In this document: positions 12,501 through 26,283 of the stretch, piece after piece
Position numbering within the stretch: position 1 is the first letter of the stretch
How the letters are laid out: each line of letters opens with the position of its first letter
DNA from: Marsupella aquatica
Lineage: Eukaryota; Plantae; Marchantiophyta
Direction of reading: 5' to 3'
NCBI GenBank assembly: GCA_973895155.1
Contig: OZ316893.1
Span: 13,656,359-13,720,358 of the forward strand
DNA length: 64,000 bases
Notes under the pieces: generated by a model
What the model was told of the DNA's origin: nothing
The model's input: only the letters and a program-made list of their open reading frames with translations
The model's database searches: none
Made by a program: the position numbers and the translations under genes

Positions 12501-15089
12501 ATAATGTTTCCATTTCTAGTGAAGCCTCTAGACCCCGGGCAAATATGATACTCTCCATCTACAATTATAATTATAATAAGGGATTCTCTTTTTCTAGTCC
12601 TTTGTCCCAATACAAAAAGGTTCTTGGATAGGAAATATCTACAGCCGTTGGATTCGATTTACTATTTTCACTGACCATTGATAGCGGAAATATGCACCCC
12701 TGGCACGTATGTGCTTCCCTCTGCCCAATAAAAATGCCCCAGCACTACTCCCTATGGGCCGACCCTCCTTGCGCCATGCAAGGCACTGGCATAGGGCTTG
12801 TGATATCATACTTGCCCAAGGTCAGGGTCTAGAGACTTCACTCACACCTCTTCCACTGCACCTAGAGCTTCACCGGAGTCCTTTGACACTTTGAGTGAGT
12901 TGTACCCTTAATAACCATGCCCTGTCTCCACTTCCACCCTCTAACTACTTAGAGTCAGTGTCTCCAAGGTTCACTCTAGACCCTAGGCCCATATCCTACT
13001 TTTTGAACCCACTTTATCACAGTACTTTAGATAGATTCAGCCAGATTAATTTCAAAATGCAATGTCAACTAATCGTGCCAGTCGTCCAAAAGCTATTGAC
13101 CAACTCCAATCAACTTCCTTATAGTTAATTTGGGAATCACTGCTTGCAGCACGTGAACTTCTCTAAACCTAAACTAAACCTAACCTAACTGAATGTTTTG
13201 CATCCCAATGATCCCATCGGGTACACCAGCTTTTTAGTCTTTTATTCGGTGTAAACTGTGTTTGTGCTTTACTTGGTCCATGGTAGTGGTCAGGGACAAG
13301 GTCCAGTCAGGCTTCAACTCCAAAGTTGGCCACTCAAGAAAGGCAATAAACATTATTTATTTATTTATTATTATAGTATTGGACCAAAACTCTATCCTGT
13401 ATTCCAGGTTAGGGTAGCCAGGAATACTAATAGTTGTAAGACTCCATGCATATATGGAACTACATAGCGAAGCAATCAAAAATAAAGACAAGACATTAGT
13501 TCAGTCTTCATGAGACCAAACCAGGGAAACCAAAACCAAACTTCTGAAACTAGTGTCAGGGCTTAGGGCCCAGGAATGATACCTTATCATTTGAAGGTGC
13601 CTAGATTTGGAACTTCATTTCTGACCCTTTTTTGGGCCAGCCCTATCTGTCTATCTTTATGAGCTCTAAATTGATTCTTTCTGAAGACTCTCTATGATTG
13701 CTTGTAATGCTATCAGCACCCCTGAGATGGCATGTTTGGAAAAGAGAATTGGTAGAGGTTAACAAAACGTAGAAGGATAATCCTTTTCAGAATCAAATCT
13801 AACGCTTAGAGACCTCAGATAGAACAAACAAATAGAGGTGTAGGTTAAGCAATCTTATAAACTGACACAACGGAACCCGACAAGAGATTAAATGAAGGAA
13901 GGGTTGTGATTTAAGCAACCATAGAAGATAACACCAAGAATCCCCAACATGACAAATTAAACAGGGGTATGATTCAGGCAAGTTTAAAACATCACGGTCA
14001 CGGCCCCAAACATGAACAAATGAATCAGGGTTATACTTTAAGCCACGTTTCTGATTTATGAAATGTAAAAGAGCCTGTTTATTGAACACACCCACCTTGC
14101 ATTTATTTGGTAAAGCAAAAGGGTCAAATAAAGAAATGGTTGCGATGTCTCCCTGAAGAGAACCATATTTTATATTTTCAATGTCCCTAACTATATTGAA
14201 TGAGGTTTTCCTCTAACTTAATTCCTTCCGGTATTTTGTGCAAGAAAACATTGAAAGTTCAACAAAACCAAAGATAGAAAAATTTTAGGGCAGAGTTTGC
14301 AGAGTTTAAACCCTCTAGACACTAATTCTAAGTGAGGGCAGAACTCAAAGTGAGGGTCCACACATGGATGGGGGCAACAGGAAATAAAGGGGAATCCTTT
14401 TCTCTGCAAGGGTTTTTTTGGTCTCCTCCTCCTCTCTATTTATGTTTAAACCATGCCTGCCCATTTAAAAGCCCCATTCCTGCTTGGCTACTGCTCATTC
14501 CTGTCTTATGGGGAACACTCATCATAAAAGGTGGAGCAGTCAAGCCCATTTCTAACAAAACTGGCTTTAAAATGAGAGCTACTGGTAACCCGTAGCTCTT
14601 ATGGGGCAAGTTGTTGTTTAAAAGTAACAATAATCAAGCTTGTGTGTACCAAACACAACACAAGAATTGAAAGGGGTAACCCTTAGCTCTTGTAGGGCAA
14701 GTTGTGGTTTAAAGTAATTGTAATTAGGCTAGTGTGTGCCAAACACAACACAAACATTTTATTACACAAACATTTCAAGAGTAAAGTACTCTTGAAAGGA
14801 GTACTTTACTTAGAAGACAAGTAATACCCAAGTAAAAATGGGAGTAACACGGCCAGACCACATTCAGCCAGGGGCCAAAGGTCACCCAAAGCCCAGACAC
14901 ATCCATACATGGGGACAGAGGCAAAAGCAGTAACAAGAGCAAAATGGCAACCAGAGGGTCACCCAGCCAGAATCAACTAATCAAAGCAAACCAGAGGGCT
15001 CACTCAAGCCCAACAAAAACAGCAACTCAAACATTGAGGGACACAATAAGTGAGGAATCAGCATGTTATCGCTAGTGTGCACCAAGCAC

Positions 15090-15221
15090 AACACAAGCAT
15101 TGAGGAACACAAGCATTGAGGAAAACAAGCAACACAAGCATTGAGGAACACAAGCATTGAGGAAAACAAGCAACACAAGCATTGAGGAACACAAGCATTG
15201 AGGAAACCAAGCATTGAGGAA
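15090..15221. repeat. Compound tandem repeat with core acaagcattgaggaa (~7 copies)
   Basis: Visible directly: acacaagcattgaggaacacaagcattgaggaaaacaagca... repeated. Confidence 0.85.
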
Positions 15222-15872
15222 TCACCATGTTATCGTCTGTGACGGTTATGGGCGGGACCGCGCGGGCCAGCTGGTTACGAAAATTCCTGTGACACTCATG
15301 GAAAGTCCAGAGATCAATACATTCATCTAAATTTCCAACCGCAACATCCGCTTCTTCACCAGCGAGCCGATCATGAATCATCGATGCATCAATGTGTGGA
15401 TCGGTTGATTGATCGATTAATTGATAGATCGATTACAATTATTCTTCTGCATACTACCAATTCTGTCTTTGTTGGGCTACCGACCAGACCTGGTGAAGAC
15501 ATTTAGACGCAGATTGTTCTTTCGCTCGATTCAGATGGTAATTTAGACCTTGACGGCCCTAAGTTTCGATGTCGAATGAATCAAGACCCACAAGGCCGGC
15601 CGGGATGATTGAATGCGCCGAGAATTATATCCTTGATAGAAGATTTCCATAACTTGCTTGATTTGAATTACATAGATCGAGAGAAAATGAGGTCAGCCGA
15701 ATTGGAGGTTCACATCCGGGAAAGAATGCTGGAAAGGTGTAGGCCATCACGTACAGATTGACGGGGAATATGCTGAGTTGAAAGTTGGCTTGCTGTATCG
15801 GTGCCACTTTACATCGGAGAATTTGCAAACTAAGATCAAAATCGTAGCACTGCAGAGATCCAGTCATTCCTC

Positions 15873-17875
15873 ATGGGGATCTTCAGGTTCGGATAACTAA
15901 ACATCGATTTCGAACCTTTAGAACCTTCCTGGCCAGGGGAACGAACCTTGAAACCTTGAACGTGATCATGCATGAATCTGAAATCTGAGTGGAATGTGCC
16001 ACAGAAATCGATTGAAGCTTACAGACGGAAGAAATGTTGATTGTTGAGATTGTAGGAACTAAAAATGCTCCATGACTGAATTTCCTCGCAGTGCCAATTA
16101 CTATTAATTATTCAAATTCAATGCAAGCTGGCAGATATCTGCAATGTTAGCTTTGCCGCCTTCGCAGTTCGATCTGCTGAAATTGTTGTGTGGTCAAAGC
16201 TCAATTCCCAGGGATGCCAATTTTCTTTTTCGCTTTCTGGTTTTTTTCACGTTGTATCAGACCGAGTGCACGCTTTTGGTTTCAAGTGAGTAGTTAAATT
16301 TGACCGAATCGAAGTGTTTCCTTTGGTGGCATGATCATATGTACACGGGTTACACATATACTAAATCAATAGTGTGATCTGCACACCGTGTGAATCAGTG
16401 GCAACCAAATTTGATTGAAAAGAATAATGAGGCAGCGTTGAGGGAATTCTATGCTTGGAGCCGGTTGGGTAAAATATCGAGTCGACATAGATGCTATCGT
16501 CAGCAGGCTATTTGGATTCTAATACTCAAATTCATGAGCTGATTGCAGCAAAAAAAGGTTGCCAAGGTCCGAGGCGGCAATGGCGGAAGCAGCCGACCTG
16601 GGCCCAATAGGTCTCTGTCTGGATGGCCATCGTCTCACATTTGACAATGGCGAATGGCAACCAGGTATATCACCGACGTCTCTCAAAATTTACCGTCAGC
16701 AATCTCCCATCCATTAACTGACCATCAAATCACCGGGCTTCCCCTCTATGCAGATTTCAGGGCCTCTCTGGGTTCCAATGGTCCAATTCTGGGCTGCTCT
16801 GTACCCTCAGCCAAGTTGAACTTGTTCATGTTTCTGTGGGCCAGAGTATGAAGAGATGCCGGAAGGAGAAGGGGCCCTGGAAGCTGAGCTGGTGCAGCTC
16901 AGGCGTGAAAAACGGAAGATGGTTAGTTTAATTCCAATTTCTCTCTTGTTCAATCAGTCCAGCTCGATCATCCGACCATGAGTTTAGGCACGCAACTGTA
17001 CAATCCCCCATCCCTGGAATACATAGGAATAGTCAGTGCCAGCTGATCATGCCAACATACTCGACCCCTGACTTGGAAGTGAACCTGTCATTTCGAACGC
17101 TGAGTAGTGTCCCAGGGGACAGGATATGAAGTAGAACACCTCAAACGAATCTGATAATTTGGGTAAATATCTGACTATCAAAGCAATTGGAGAGTCTATG
17201 ATGTGAGTTCTTAATTTTGCTCGGCTGCTGATTTTCAGAAGAAAGATTTGGAAAAGTATCAAGCACAAAGAGAGGAGATGAAAAACCTTAAAGAACGGTG
17301 GAACCTTTTGGATTTCAAGTATCAATTATTACTCGACATGGTACATATATCCTAAAAACCTTAAAGAACGGTGGGACCTTGTTGGATTTCAAGCCTCAAT
17401 TATTGCTCGACGTGGTACATAGATCCCATCAAACTTATGAGGAGTTGTTCACTCTTTTTTAGCACATTTAGGCGGCTCACTAAGCCACTGCAATAATGGA
17501 CTCATGGAATTTTTGTAAACCGATCGAGCACTTGACACGTCTAGAAATGTCTCGACAAGTAATGTGAAGTCTTCCCTTCCCTAAAATATTCAATGGTTTA
17601 CAAACTGAACTCATTATGCGCCACAATGACAGTCCATTTCAGGTGACTGCAGAAATTTCTGAATTTTGATCTAAACAGAGTATTCCCTTGAGCTCGTTAG
17701 GCTGAAGGAATTCTTACAATTAGTACGATGAATGGTGCGTCCAGCCCAAAGATGCGGATGAAGCTCAGACTGACCAAACATTGCTCCTTGTGTCTATGTA
17801 TGGCAGTGGACTATGAGGGAGCTCGACATCAAGAAGGCCCAAGAGGATAGGGACTTGAAGAAAACAAGACATTGA
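15873..17875 (+). CDS. CBY1: Chibby-family (basal body/ciliary coiled-coil) protein, ~125 aa; exons 15873-15886, 16549-16664, 16845-16921, 17239-17340, 17807-17875
   Basis: Manual splicing with GT-AG introns and consistent phases gives MGIFSKKRLPRS...DLGPIGLCLDGHRLTFDNGEWQP...LVQLRREKRKM...ERWNLLDFKYQLLLDMW. This matches the recalled Chibby motifs FSPKK, G.P.M.L.G..L.F.NG.W and ENNLL.LK...LLDM. The gene is absent from the ORF track because the exons are small. Confidence 0.8.
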
Positions 17876-18419
17876 TGATCACGCCGACTAACTTCCTCTT
17901 TCAAACAAATGAATTACGATAGTCATGAATATTGACAATCGATTGACATGAAGTACAAGATGATTTCCGAACCAGTGAAGTGAAGAAGCTAGGCCTGCTC
18001 GAATCTCTTTCCTTATGACCTTAGGATATCACCCTTTTCCTTAAAATATTGCCGTTAGGGAATGGGGCTCATTGATCAATCTTCACATCTTCGCCCTGGG
18101 GTTACTTCGTGACTGGTGCAGTAATACAGTACTCCATGTGACGTCTAACTTAGTAAGCTTACCACAAGTCGACATTGGATTTCTCTCTGATAGATGTAGA
18201 TCGAAGAAGTAGATTGCTCACCTGAATGTGATCATAATCATCGCTTGCAAATCAGCCAAGTCAAATTGGGCCCATTTCTTTATCAAATTCATAGATTAAG
18301 CTGCGATGCTAGGCTACGGTAGGGTGTAGACGGAAGACATATTGTCCATGACTTCTTGTAGCCATTCAAACTATTTTGGCATCGATTTCCATCTGATGGA
18401 TGTAACTCAGATTAACAAC

Positions 18420-18985
18420 AGATGTATGATTGCCATGAAAATCATGAACACTTAGCTTTTCATCACTAAATTTTGCCTGGAGGTATAAAGTGAGTGCAAC
18501 CACACAAAGTGGAATAAACCACTGAAATGTAGACGTAGAATACACTCAAGCTGTGACTCTTCCTGACTGATGGATATGACACAGATTAAAGAACAAACTA
18601 GCCCAGACTAACTGGCCTGTAAAAGTGAGTAGTGGAGACTACAATAAAATGTAACAAAATATATTCACTATTTGCATTCTTTGAATGTGAATGAAATAAA
18701 AAAACATTCATTCATGTCATCATTCACATACATAATATATCATCTTCTTGTCTAGTACATCCTTCTTTACATGCACATATATTTTGGTGTGGCCCTAGAT
18801 TCACTACCTAGAGTCCTCACTCTAGAAACTAGACCCCAACTCTAGCTTCCCCTAGTGCTTTATAAGTAAGATGTATGATTGCCATGAAAATCATGAACAC
18901 AGAGCTTTTTGTCACTAAATTTTGCCCACGGGTATAAAGTGAGTGCAACCCACACATTAGTGGAATAACCACTGAAATGTAGACA
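18420..18985. repeat. Diverged ~115-bp direct duplication (~18420-18535 and ~18869-18985)
   Basis: agatgtatgattgccatgaaaatcatgaacac...ggtataaagtgagtgcaacc...actgaaatgtagac occurs twice. Confidence 0.75.
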
Positions 18986-19876
18986 CAGGTCACACTCATT
19001 GTGTAACCCACCTCCACCAAACTCACACGTCCGAAAGTGTTGGTTCCTTGTAAAAGGGTGGCCACATAACGAGGGTCACATTCTTCTCCAAATTCAGCTG
19101 CTGAAAGCCATCCTGACTGCTCAATCTATTGTAGGGACAATCAGGTCAGCACATGCCCTGCACAAAACATTTAAATTTTTACCTTTCAAAATATGTAGTA
19201 AAGCAACTAAAAACTTATCTAGATTTCATCTTTTAACTTCAAAATTAGTTCCATCAACCCTTAGTTATGTAACCTTGTTTTATTGAACTATTTGGAGCCA
19301 TGAAGAGTTGCTAATTTGAAAAGATAGATGAGAGTACAAAGTGTAAATGGAGTATTCTAAAAGAGTTGAATTTTAGAGGTAATTAGGACAATTTATCAAA
19401 TAAGATTACATTCATGGTACTATGGAGGGTAACTCTCTATGCCAAATATTTTCCTTAGTACTTCTATGTCTATACAAGTATATAGTTCATGCAAAATATT
19501 ACTCTATTCATAGTAGTTGAAAGGTCTTTGAGTCACTTGGTATTCTTTTACCCATAATAGTTATGGTGTTTCTTACCTTTGCTTGTTATTCCTCTATCCA
19601 TAGTAGCCAAAGGGTTTCTTATGTTACCTTGATAAATGTTATAGTAGTTGAAGAATTTCTTTCCATTTGTCATTATTTCAAAAATGTGTAAATTAAATTG
19701 AAAAATTGAAACAGATACCAAAAAATATTGATATATCAATTACAATTCATCCATAGATTATTTTCTTTCACCCTTATTTTTTCTTTTTTATTTGTTTATT
19801 TGAAATGTTACTTTTCAGTTTTCCATTGTTTTTAGTGTTGCAGAACTTACCTGATTTTCTTTTGTCTTACCTCAAA

Positions 19877-20017
19877 CACAAATAATCAAATTTGATTATT
19901 TTTGCATAACTAATGATTTTTGTTTGTGACAAATCATGCTAATGTGACACAAATAATCAAATTTGATTATTTTTGCATAACTAATGATTTTTGTTTGTGA
20001 CAAATCATGCTAATGTG
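19877..20017. repeat. Perfect ~71-bp tandem duplication
   Basis: acacaaataatcaaatttgattatttttgcataactaatgatttttgtttgtgacaaatcatgctaatgtg occurs twice. Confidence 0.85.
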
Positions 20018-22624
20018 TTGCATATGCATCCAAGAATTTTGAAAGAAACTTCCTATGAGAGGTCTCTAAACAATGTATATAATGATCCACTTGCTCTGCA
20101 AGAGTGCAAATGTTTTTAAGACTCATAATCATTAAGTTACTGCCTCCAAATTCACATTGACCACCAAATGTGTCCAACCTGGTGGTCCATCTTGGCTTCA
20201 ATAGCTGAGTTTTCAAATCCTATTAGGAAGGCACCTCTCAAATCCTATTAGGAAGGCACCTCATGAATCTTATCAATACATCACAATGAGAAACTACACT
20301 TGGAGTGAAGGTTTCTATAGTGAAGTATTTTACTCTGACTCTAGGGCCCATCACATCAAAAAAATTGTGTGTTAAAATGATAATATGCATGATGATTTTT
20401 GTGATCATTTCTATTATAATTCAAAGTGACTCTAGGTCCCATCAAAATATATGGGGATGGAATGTTATGGCGATAGAATATTATCTGTTAATGATGACAG
20501 ACATGATGATTCTTGTCATCATTTCTATTAACGTTAAAAGAATGGACATTCTGGCTGCACAACATTCAAAGAATGTGCATCCAGGCTACACAAACTCAAG
20601 CTTCGAGAAAGGGTCACCGTCCTCTGTGGACCCAAAGAAGGAGCTCAAAGTTCGCCGCTGTCCTGTTCTCTGGAGGCTTTTTCACACATCATGACAAAGC
20701 TCCACACTCGTTGTCCTGCATTGTGGAGGTACCTTGCACATCGGTACAAAGCTCCACACTCCAGATTCCCCGAAATGGTCATCTCCTGTGTGGACCCAAC
20801 AAGAGCTCAAAACGCATCAATATCCTGTATGTACCGGGCCCATCGAGGCGCTCAACATCAAATTTTGAGGGACTGGACCCACAACTCAAGACCTTTTGCA
20901 AGTAACCGCTTTGTCTCGGGATTGCCGGCAGACAGTTTGAATCTTTGAGTTAGAGGTCTTTCTGACGACAAAACCTCAAGGATGGCAGTGCCCACACCTC
21001 TTCTCCTTCCATGCTCCCCAATCAGAGTCTCACCAGTCCCTCAATTTCAATTGCTTCAGTCACCTCAACAATTGAACTGTGCGCAGCTAGGTGCGCATCT
21101 GAATGACTACCTAAATGCCATCTCAGCCCAGTCAGCCACCTCCAGAGCTGAATCGATTTACGTCAGCCTGCAGTGGGTCTGGAGTACTGTCTCACATAGT
21201 CGTTTCTGTAATTGAGCTACCTTCACATCTCAGATGCATTTTCGTTCAGCTGAGACGAGGTCACACGAAAGCAATTACTTCTATCAGTTCTCTATCCCGC
21301 GCATGATTCTTTCCTTCCCTGGCGTGGATCATATCTTGTGGCAATGTTGGTCAACACGGACCATGAAGTCGAAGTTGCAGAGGTATTCACACCAGAAAAT
21401 CTTGACGCTATAACCGACAGTCACGTTGATTGCCTCATCGTGCTCACGCGAATCCGATTACGGAGAACAAGCACAATTGAACTGGGGATAGAATGATTAT
21501 CCAGTGAAATGACCTTCAAGCATTGTTGGCAAAATGAACTTCACGTGCGCCATGAAATTGAGGCTCGTCATACAATTGATCGTCTCCCTACAATTGCAAC
21601 ACAAAGACACGACCTTAAGATTTTCACATTTTAGGATTTTAATTAAGCTAAATAGTGCAACAGAAGCACGACACAAAACTTCACAAACGGCGAGGCGGGG
21701 GCCCCCGGCATACACAGACGTAAAAAGCGAAACTGTAAGGGCAGAGGAATAAACGCAGTTACATAAGTCAATAGATAAGGTCAGCAAACTCAGACACATT
21801 CCTCGTTGGAGCACAATGGAATCCCAACGCTAGAATTCACGCAGGAAGGGAGAGGAAGACTCCAAATTTGTGCAGGATATACACGACAGCTCACTCTAAT
21901 TGCATCGTGAAATGGTGGACTGCCATATCCAAATTGCGCCCAACCAATGAAACAGAAAGCAGCTACAAATCATTCCAGAGGAAAATCAGGGCAGATCCAT
22001 AAATTTCGTACCTTGGACGACAAACTCAAGTGTGACAGAATGTCAAACAGAACAATCTAAATCAATACTCTTAGCTAACCGTGTGGATAGGTTGAAAATG
22101 TACAACGGCTTTCGCATCTTCCACACCTCCTTGCAGCATGAGAGCACATTAAAACCTGCTGTTCGCGACACATTGCATTCGAAAGGAAAATCGAAAGTGG
22201 AGCTGGATGGGAGGAATTATTCTGGAAGATTTACAAGAAGAATGTTACTATGACAAATAAGTGTTTCAGTTGTAAGAAACGTCTACCAGACCACTTTCGA
22301 CATCCATGCTGGAATAGCAAAACGCTCATTACAGTGAACACCCTGTTCTGTACAGCGACATAAAACGCCCTGATTTACAATTAAATTACATGAATGATGA
22401 AGATTTCCCCGCCTGCAAATTTGCATAGAAACATATGGATGTTCTAACTGCGGTCTTGATATTCCTCACAAGCTGAAAGGCGAATTCTCTAAGGTTGACC
22501 TATCCTCCTAGTTGAACGGAAGAATTGAGCGAAACAGTGCACAAATGAGCTTAAATCTCTAGGCTTGGCAAAGCTCCATGCTTGCATAAAAAACTCCGTT
22601 AAAATGTCGAATAATTTGCCGTCT

Positions 22625-23329
22625 CTAATTTTGCCCAGCCTCTGCGTTGAAGGGAAAAACTTCGGCCGACTTGGCGAAAAAGCGCGCCCTCGCGTTGTAA
22701 TCAGTCGGAGAGCGACCGTCTTCGGCCAAAATTGAGTCCACTAACATCTGCATCGAAGTCCAGGCTTCATCCTTTTCGGAGCTGTAGGCCCTCCCTTGGC
22801 GGAAGAACTCAGCAATTAAGTTGAAATACATCGCTCGTCGTTGGTAGTCTTCGGCAGATTGGCCCTCCTCCTGCAGCAGCGCTTCGACAAGTCTGTCCAT
22901 GTCAACCTCCGTGATTTCTCCTCTGTTGGCCAACGCTTCTCTGGCCGACCAGCTGCTATCGTCGTTTAGCGTTGCGAGCTCGTCTCTGCCGGGCTCACTC
23001 CATCGCTGAGCTTGGAACAACTCGAACTCGCGGGAACTACTTGGCGATGATATTTTGGAGTGGAGAAGGCCGACGTCATCCTTGGCGGACTCGACACCCT
23101 GCCTGGCGAATACTTTCCCTCCTGCTCCTCCTATTCGGCCGGAGCGAACGAGCGTTTCTGTAGGATACGATGAAAACAGTGCGGAAAAAGAGCATTTCGA
23201 TGCACTTGTCCGAAGAGATCCCACTCCCTGCATTTCGATTGGCGCTCTTCCTCGTCCTCTGCAACTGCCACAACTACTCGTATAACATACAGCCACACTC
23301 GATACAGCAGAAACACCACAAGCGGCCAT
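22625..23329 (-). CDS. Uncharacterized, probably plastid-targeted protein (~234 aa) with two copies of a C-terminal S(P/A)xDYxxRAxxF motif
   Basis: Long open frame starting at ATG 23329 (MAACGVSAV...). The Ser/Arg/Ala-rich N-terminus resembles a transit peptide. Repeated motif: MDRLVEALLQEEGQSAEDYQRRAMYF and MQMLVDSILAEDGRSPTDYNARARFF. Confidence 0.7.
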   Translation of the reverse strand: MAACGVSAVSSVAVCYTSSCGSCRGRGRAPIEMQGVGSLRTSASKCSFSALFSSYPTETLVRSGRIGGAGGKVFARQGVESAKDDVGLLHSKISSPSSSREFELFQAQRWSEPGRDELATLNDDSSWSAREALANRGEITEVDMDRLVEALLQEEGQSAEDYQRRAMYFNLIAEFFRQGRAYSSEKDEAWTSMQMLVDSILAEDGRSPTDYNARARFFAKSAEVFPFNAEAGQN

Positions 23330-26100
23330 TATTTTCTCGGCGCACAAGCTCTATCGGCTTCAAACTCTCGAGCTACGGCGGCCGCAGCAACGAAGCGAGA
23401 CCAGTCGCCCTTTCTGGCCCGGACTTGAAACCTCCTCGGATTCTCGAACGAAACAGCGGATTCAGTCCTGAGATGTGGACGATGATTTCGTTCGGAGCTC
23501 ACTCTCCCTCCCCTCTCCAAGAAAACGGATTCGCTAGCAAAAACGAAACGCCTCGAGAAAATCTAGCGCAGAGCCGAGAGAAAAATGCACCAGACAAGCG
23601 TCCCAGAAGAATAAGCAAACCCAAACCCTTCTCAGTTTTCGAAGCGCCCGCGAGTTGGGAAACCAAATTTCGCAGCTTCCTCTCCACCCTCTCGACCGAT
23701 TCTCGAGCCAAACGCAACTCCCCACCGAAATCTCTCACAGAGACGAGAAAAAAAATGGATCACAGCGTACGAGAGGACGGAAACCAGATCCTACTCAGTT
23801 TCTGGGCACTCAAGAGATCGTCGGAGCCCAAATTTCGGTGCGCAGATCTTCGCATGCAGAGGGAGCAGAACGCAGCTTTTACGAGAAATTTATCGTTAGG
23901 AATCGTCATGTCCGCCTGTCAGGTCACGAATCATCCAGCCGAACGATCTCGCCAGCCGCCGAAGAGTCCACTCTCCTCAGTTCGCATGAAAGCGAAAGTC
24001 TCTCGATCGCTAACACGTAATCATCAATCAAATCTTCATCGAACATTGTAAACTACCCTATCCCGCCAAAAATGTCTTCCGTTCATTTACAAAACGAGAC
24101 ACAATGGGAACCAATCCAGGTCCTTCATTGAAAATTATTTTTTTCACACCGTCAGATCCTCCGGTACATCCCTTCTATCTCAGCTATCTGCCCAAGCTCC
24201 ACTTCACCTTCACCATCCCAAACATTATAATACCCAAAAACGTTATCTATTCCTTTACAAAATGACATTAAAGCAGGAGCCAATCCTGGTCTTATATCAA
24301 AAACTATTTTGACTCGTGGTTTTATATAAATATTATTATTATTACTATATTTGCATGGTCAGATCCTCCTTTACATCTCTTCTATCTCAACTATCTGTGT
24401 GAGCTCCATTGAGCCGTCCAGCACCTGTCCACACATTATAATACCCTATCCAACCAAAAACGTTTTTTACACATTAAATCTCCACACATTCTATCGCAGT
24501 TGTCTGTCCTAGTTTGCCCCAAACCTGCCTGAGACTAATTTAAAGATTAACTTAAAAAAATTTGCCTAATTTCAGAATTCTTATGTGTTCTCATTTCCCT
24601 TGTTTTGCGTTTGTGTTTCATTCCTTAGGGTATTGCATGGCTTTGTGAAGATGTCCACCAACGTTTACTAGCACCTAAAATTTGTTAGAGAAACTTGCAT
24701 GGCTCCGTTACCTTGTTGTGAGTGAGGTGGATCATGACAACACTCAACCAATGGCCAAGACAAGTGATCAAATCTAGTGGACTATAACTAGATTTGATCA
24801 AAAACAAAGAAGGGTGCAATAGTTGGTAGAATTCATTTGATAAAAATTACATACTCGAGAGAAGAAACAAATATACTCATTCTAAGTGTAAAACAATCCA
24901 AATAATATCCCTCCATGTCCCTGCATATAGCATCCTCATCCTGGAACATGAAAAGTTATTTTGTCCTCTAGCAAAAAGTTTAAGTTTTTTAGTGAAATAC
25001 AGGTGATCTAATTTGTTTGTGGCAAATATAAATAGTACATTGATTAGGAAGCCTGACATTGAAAAGTTGTGCACATAAGGTACAAGAATAAAAATACACA
25101 TGTAAAGAAAATTAATAATGAACAGGAAAATTTTAAGTCTATGATATTGGGTTCTGCATATACTATACACCAGTAAAGATACTTATGTATTTATCTTAGA
25201 TAATGACACTCAAATAAATTAAAACCATAAATTTAGGACACAAAACCATGAGTAGAACTTAAAGACATGAGGAGTGCACTTTAATTAGATCATTTCTTCT
25301 TCACTAAGGGCTAGAACTTCTGTGAGCTTTGTTAAAGGGTGGATGATCAAAAATATATCAAAGATTGAAAATTTAGAGGGGTGCCAGATTAAATTCAAAA
25401 TCTAAAGTATACAAGGGATGCACCCTGGTAAGACACATTGAATTAAAATACACAAGAAAAGAAGTTTGAATAAGACAAAATACTGGAAGATGGATTCACC
25501 ATATAGCAGTTTCATTCTTGAATCTGGATTTTTGAAGCAGTACAATATGAACAATTTTCGTAGAAAAAAATGAACATCACTTGTGTAAATAGTTCAATAA
25601 GCAGTTGGACAAAGGGGGTCAAACACAGAGAAACAAAGGGGAGGTAAAGAAGAAATGGGAAAGGGGAGGGTGTTGGACCTGATCTACTTTTTGGGTTTTG
25701 CTTATTGGGTTTGGTCAGCATTGTGTTTAGTAATAAAATCCCCTTGGGTTGGAGATGCTCTAAAAGAACAAAGAGGTTGTAGTACATGAGTTTTTGGAGT
25801 GAGGATGTACACTCTTTACAGTACTTAGCCACACATGCTCTATTTAGTGTGAGGTTATATTTGGGGTAAGTGCCAAAAGTGTGTAACACTAATGTGATCA
25901 CAAGTCAAATAGTGTCCCCTTCACTTACATTTTAAAAACAGAATGGGCATAGTCAAACCTTGGATATGAAAATAAATGAACCCGTGAAAAATATTTGAAT
26001 ACATCCTTACTTTACAAAATTCACATATCCTACATATAGCAAACTTCATAAATACCTTATTACAATATGGCTTGCTGGAAAGATCTGTTTGACTCTCTTT

Positions 26101-26283
26101 TATCAGATTATGAATAACCCATGTCTCATAGAAGCAACAAACTACCATCATATTTAGTCACATGAAACTGGTCCCCTTTGTCTCATCTTTATGAGACTAC
26201 TTACAGCCCAAAGAGAAGTGGGTTGAATCTGCTTTTCACCTGGTTCATCAACATCACTTTTATTAGATTATGAATAACCCATG
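26101..26283. repeat. ~160-bp tandem repeat; the second copy is split by the Gypsy insertion and resumes at 35795
   Basis: 26105 agattatgaataacccatgtctcatagaagcaacaaactacc...catcaacatc is matched by 26265-26283 plus 35795-35930. Confidence 0.9.

Noticed and set aside
13500-14420. Possible LINE ORF1 remnant on the minus strand
   Set aside because: There is only a vague CxxC and compositional resemblance, not enough to call.
15090-15221. CRISPR-like array
   Set aside because: There are no unique spacers. It is a simple compound tandem repeat in a eukaryotic genome.
20540-21420. Cluster of short overlapping ORFs, possible pseudogene
   Set aside because: No consistent frame, splice model or domain motif was found.
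23170-24051. 293-aa plus-strand ORF
   Set aside because: It is antisense to the 22625-23329 gene and its GC-rich leader, with no recognisable motifs.
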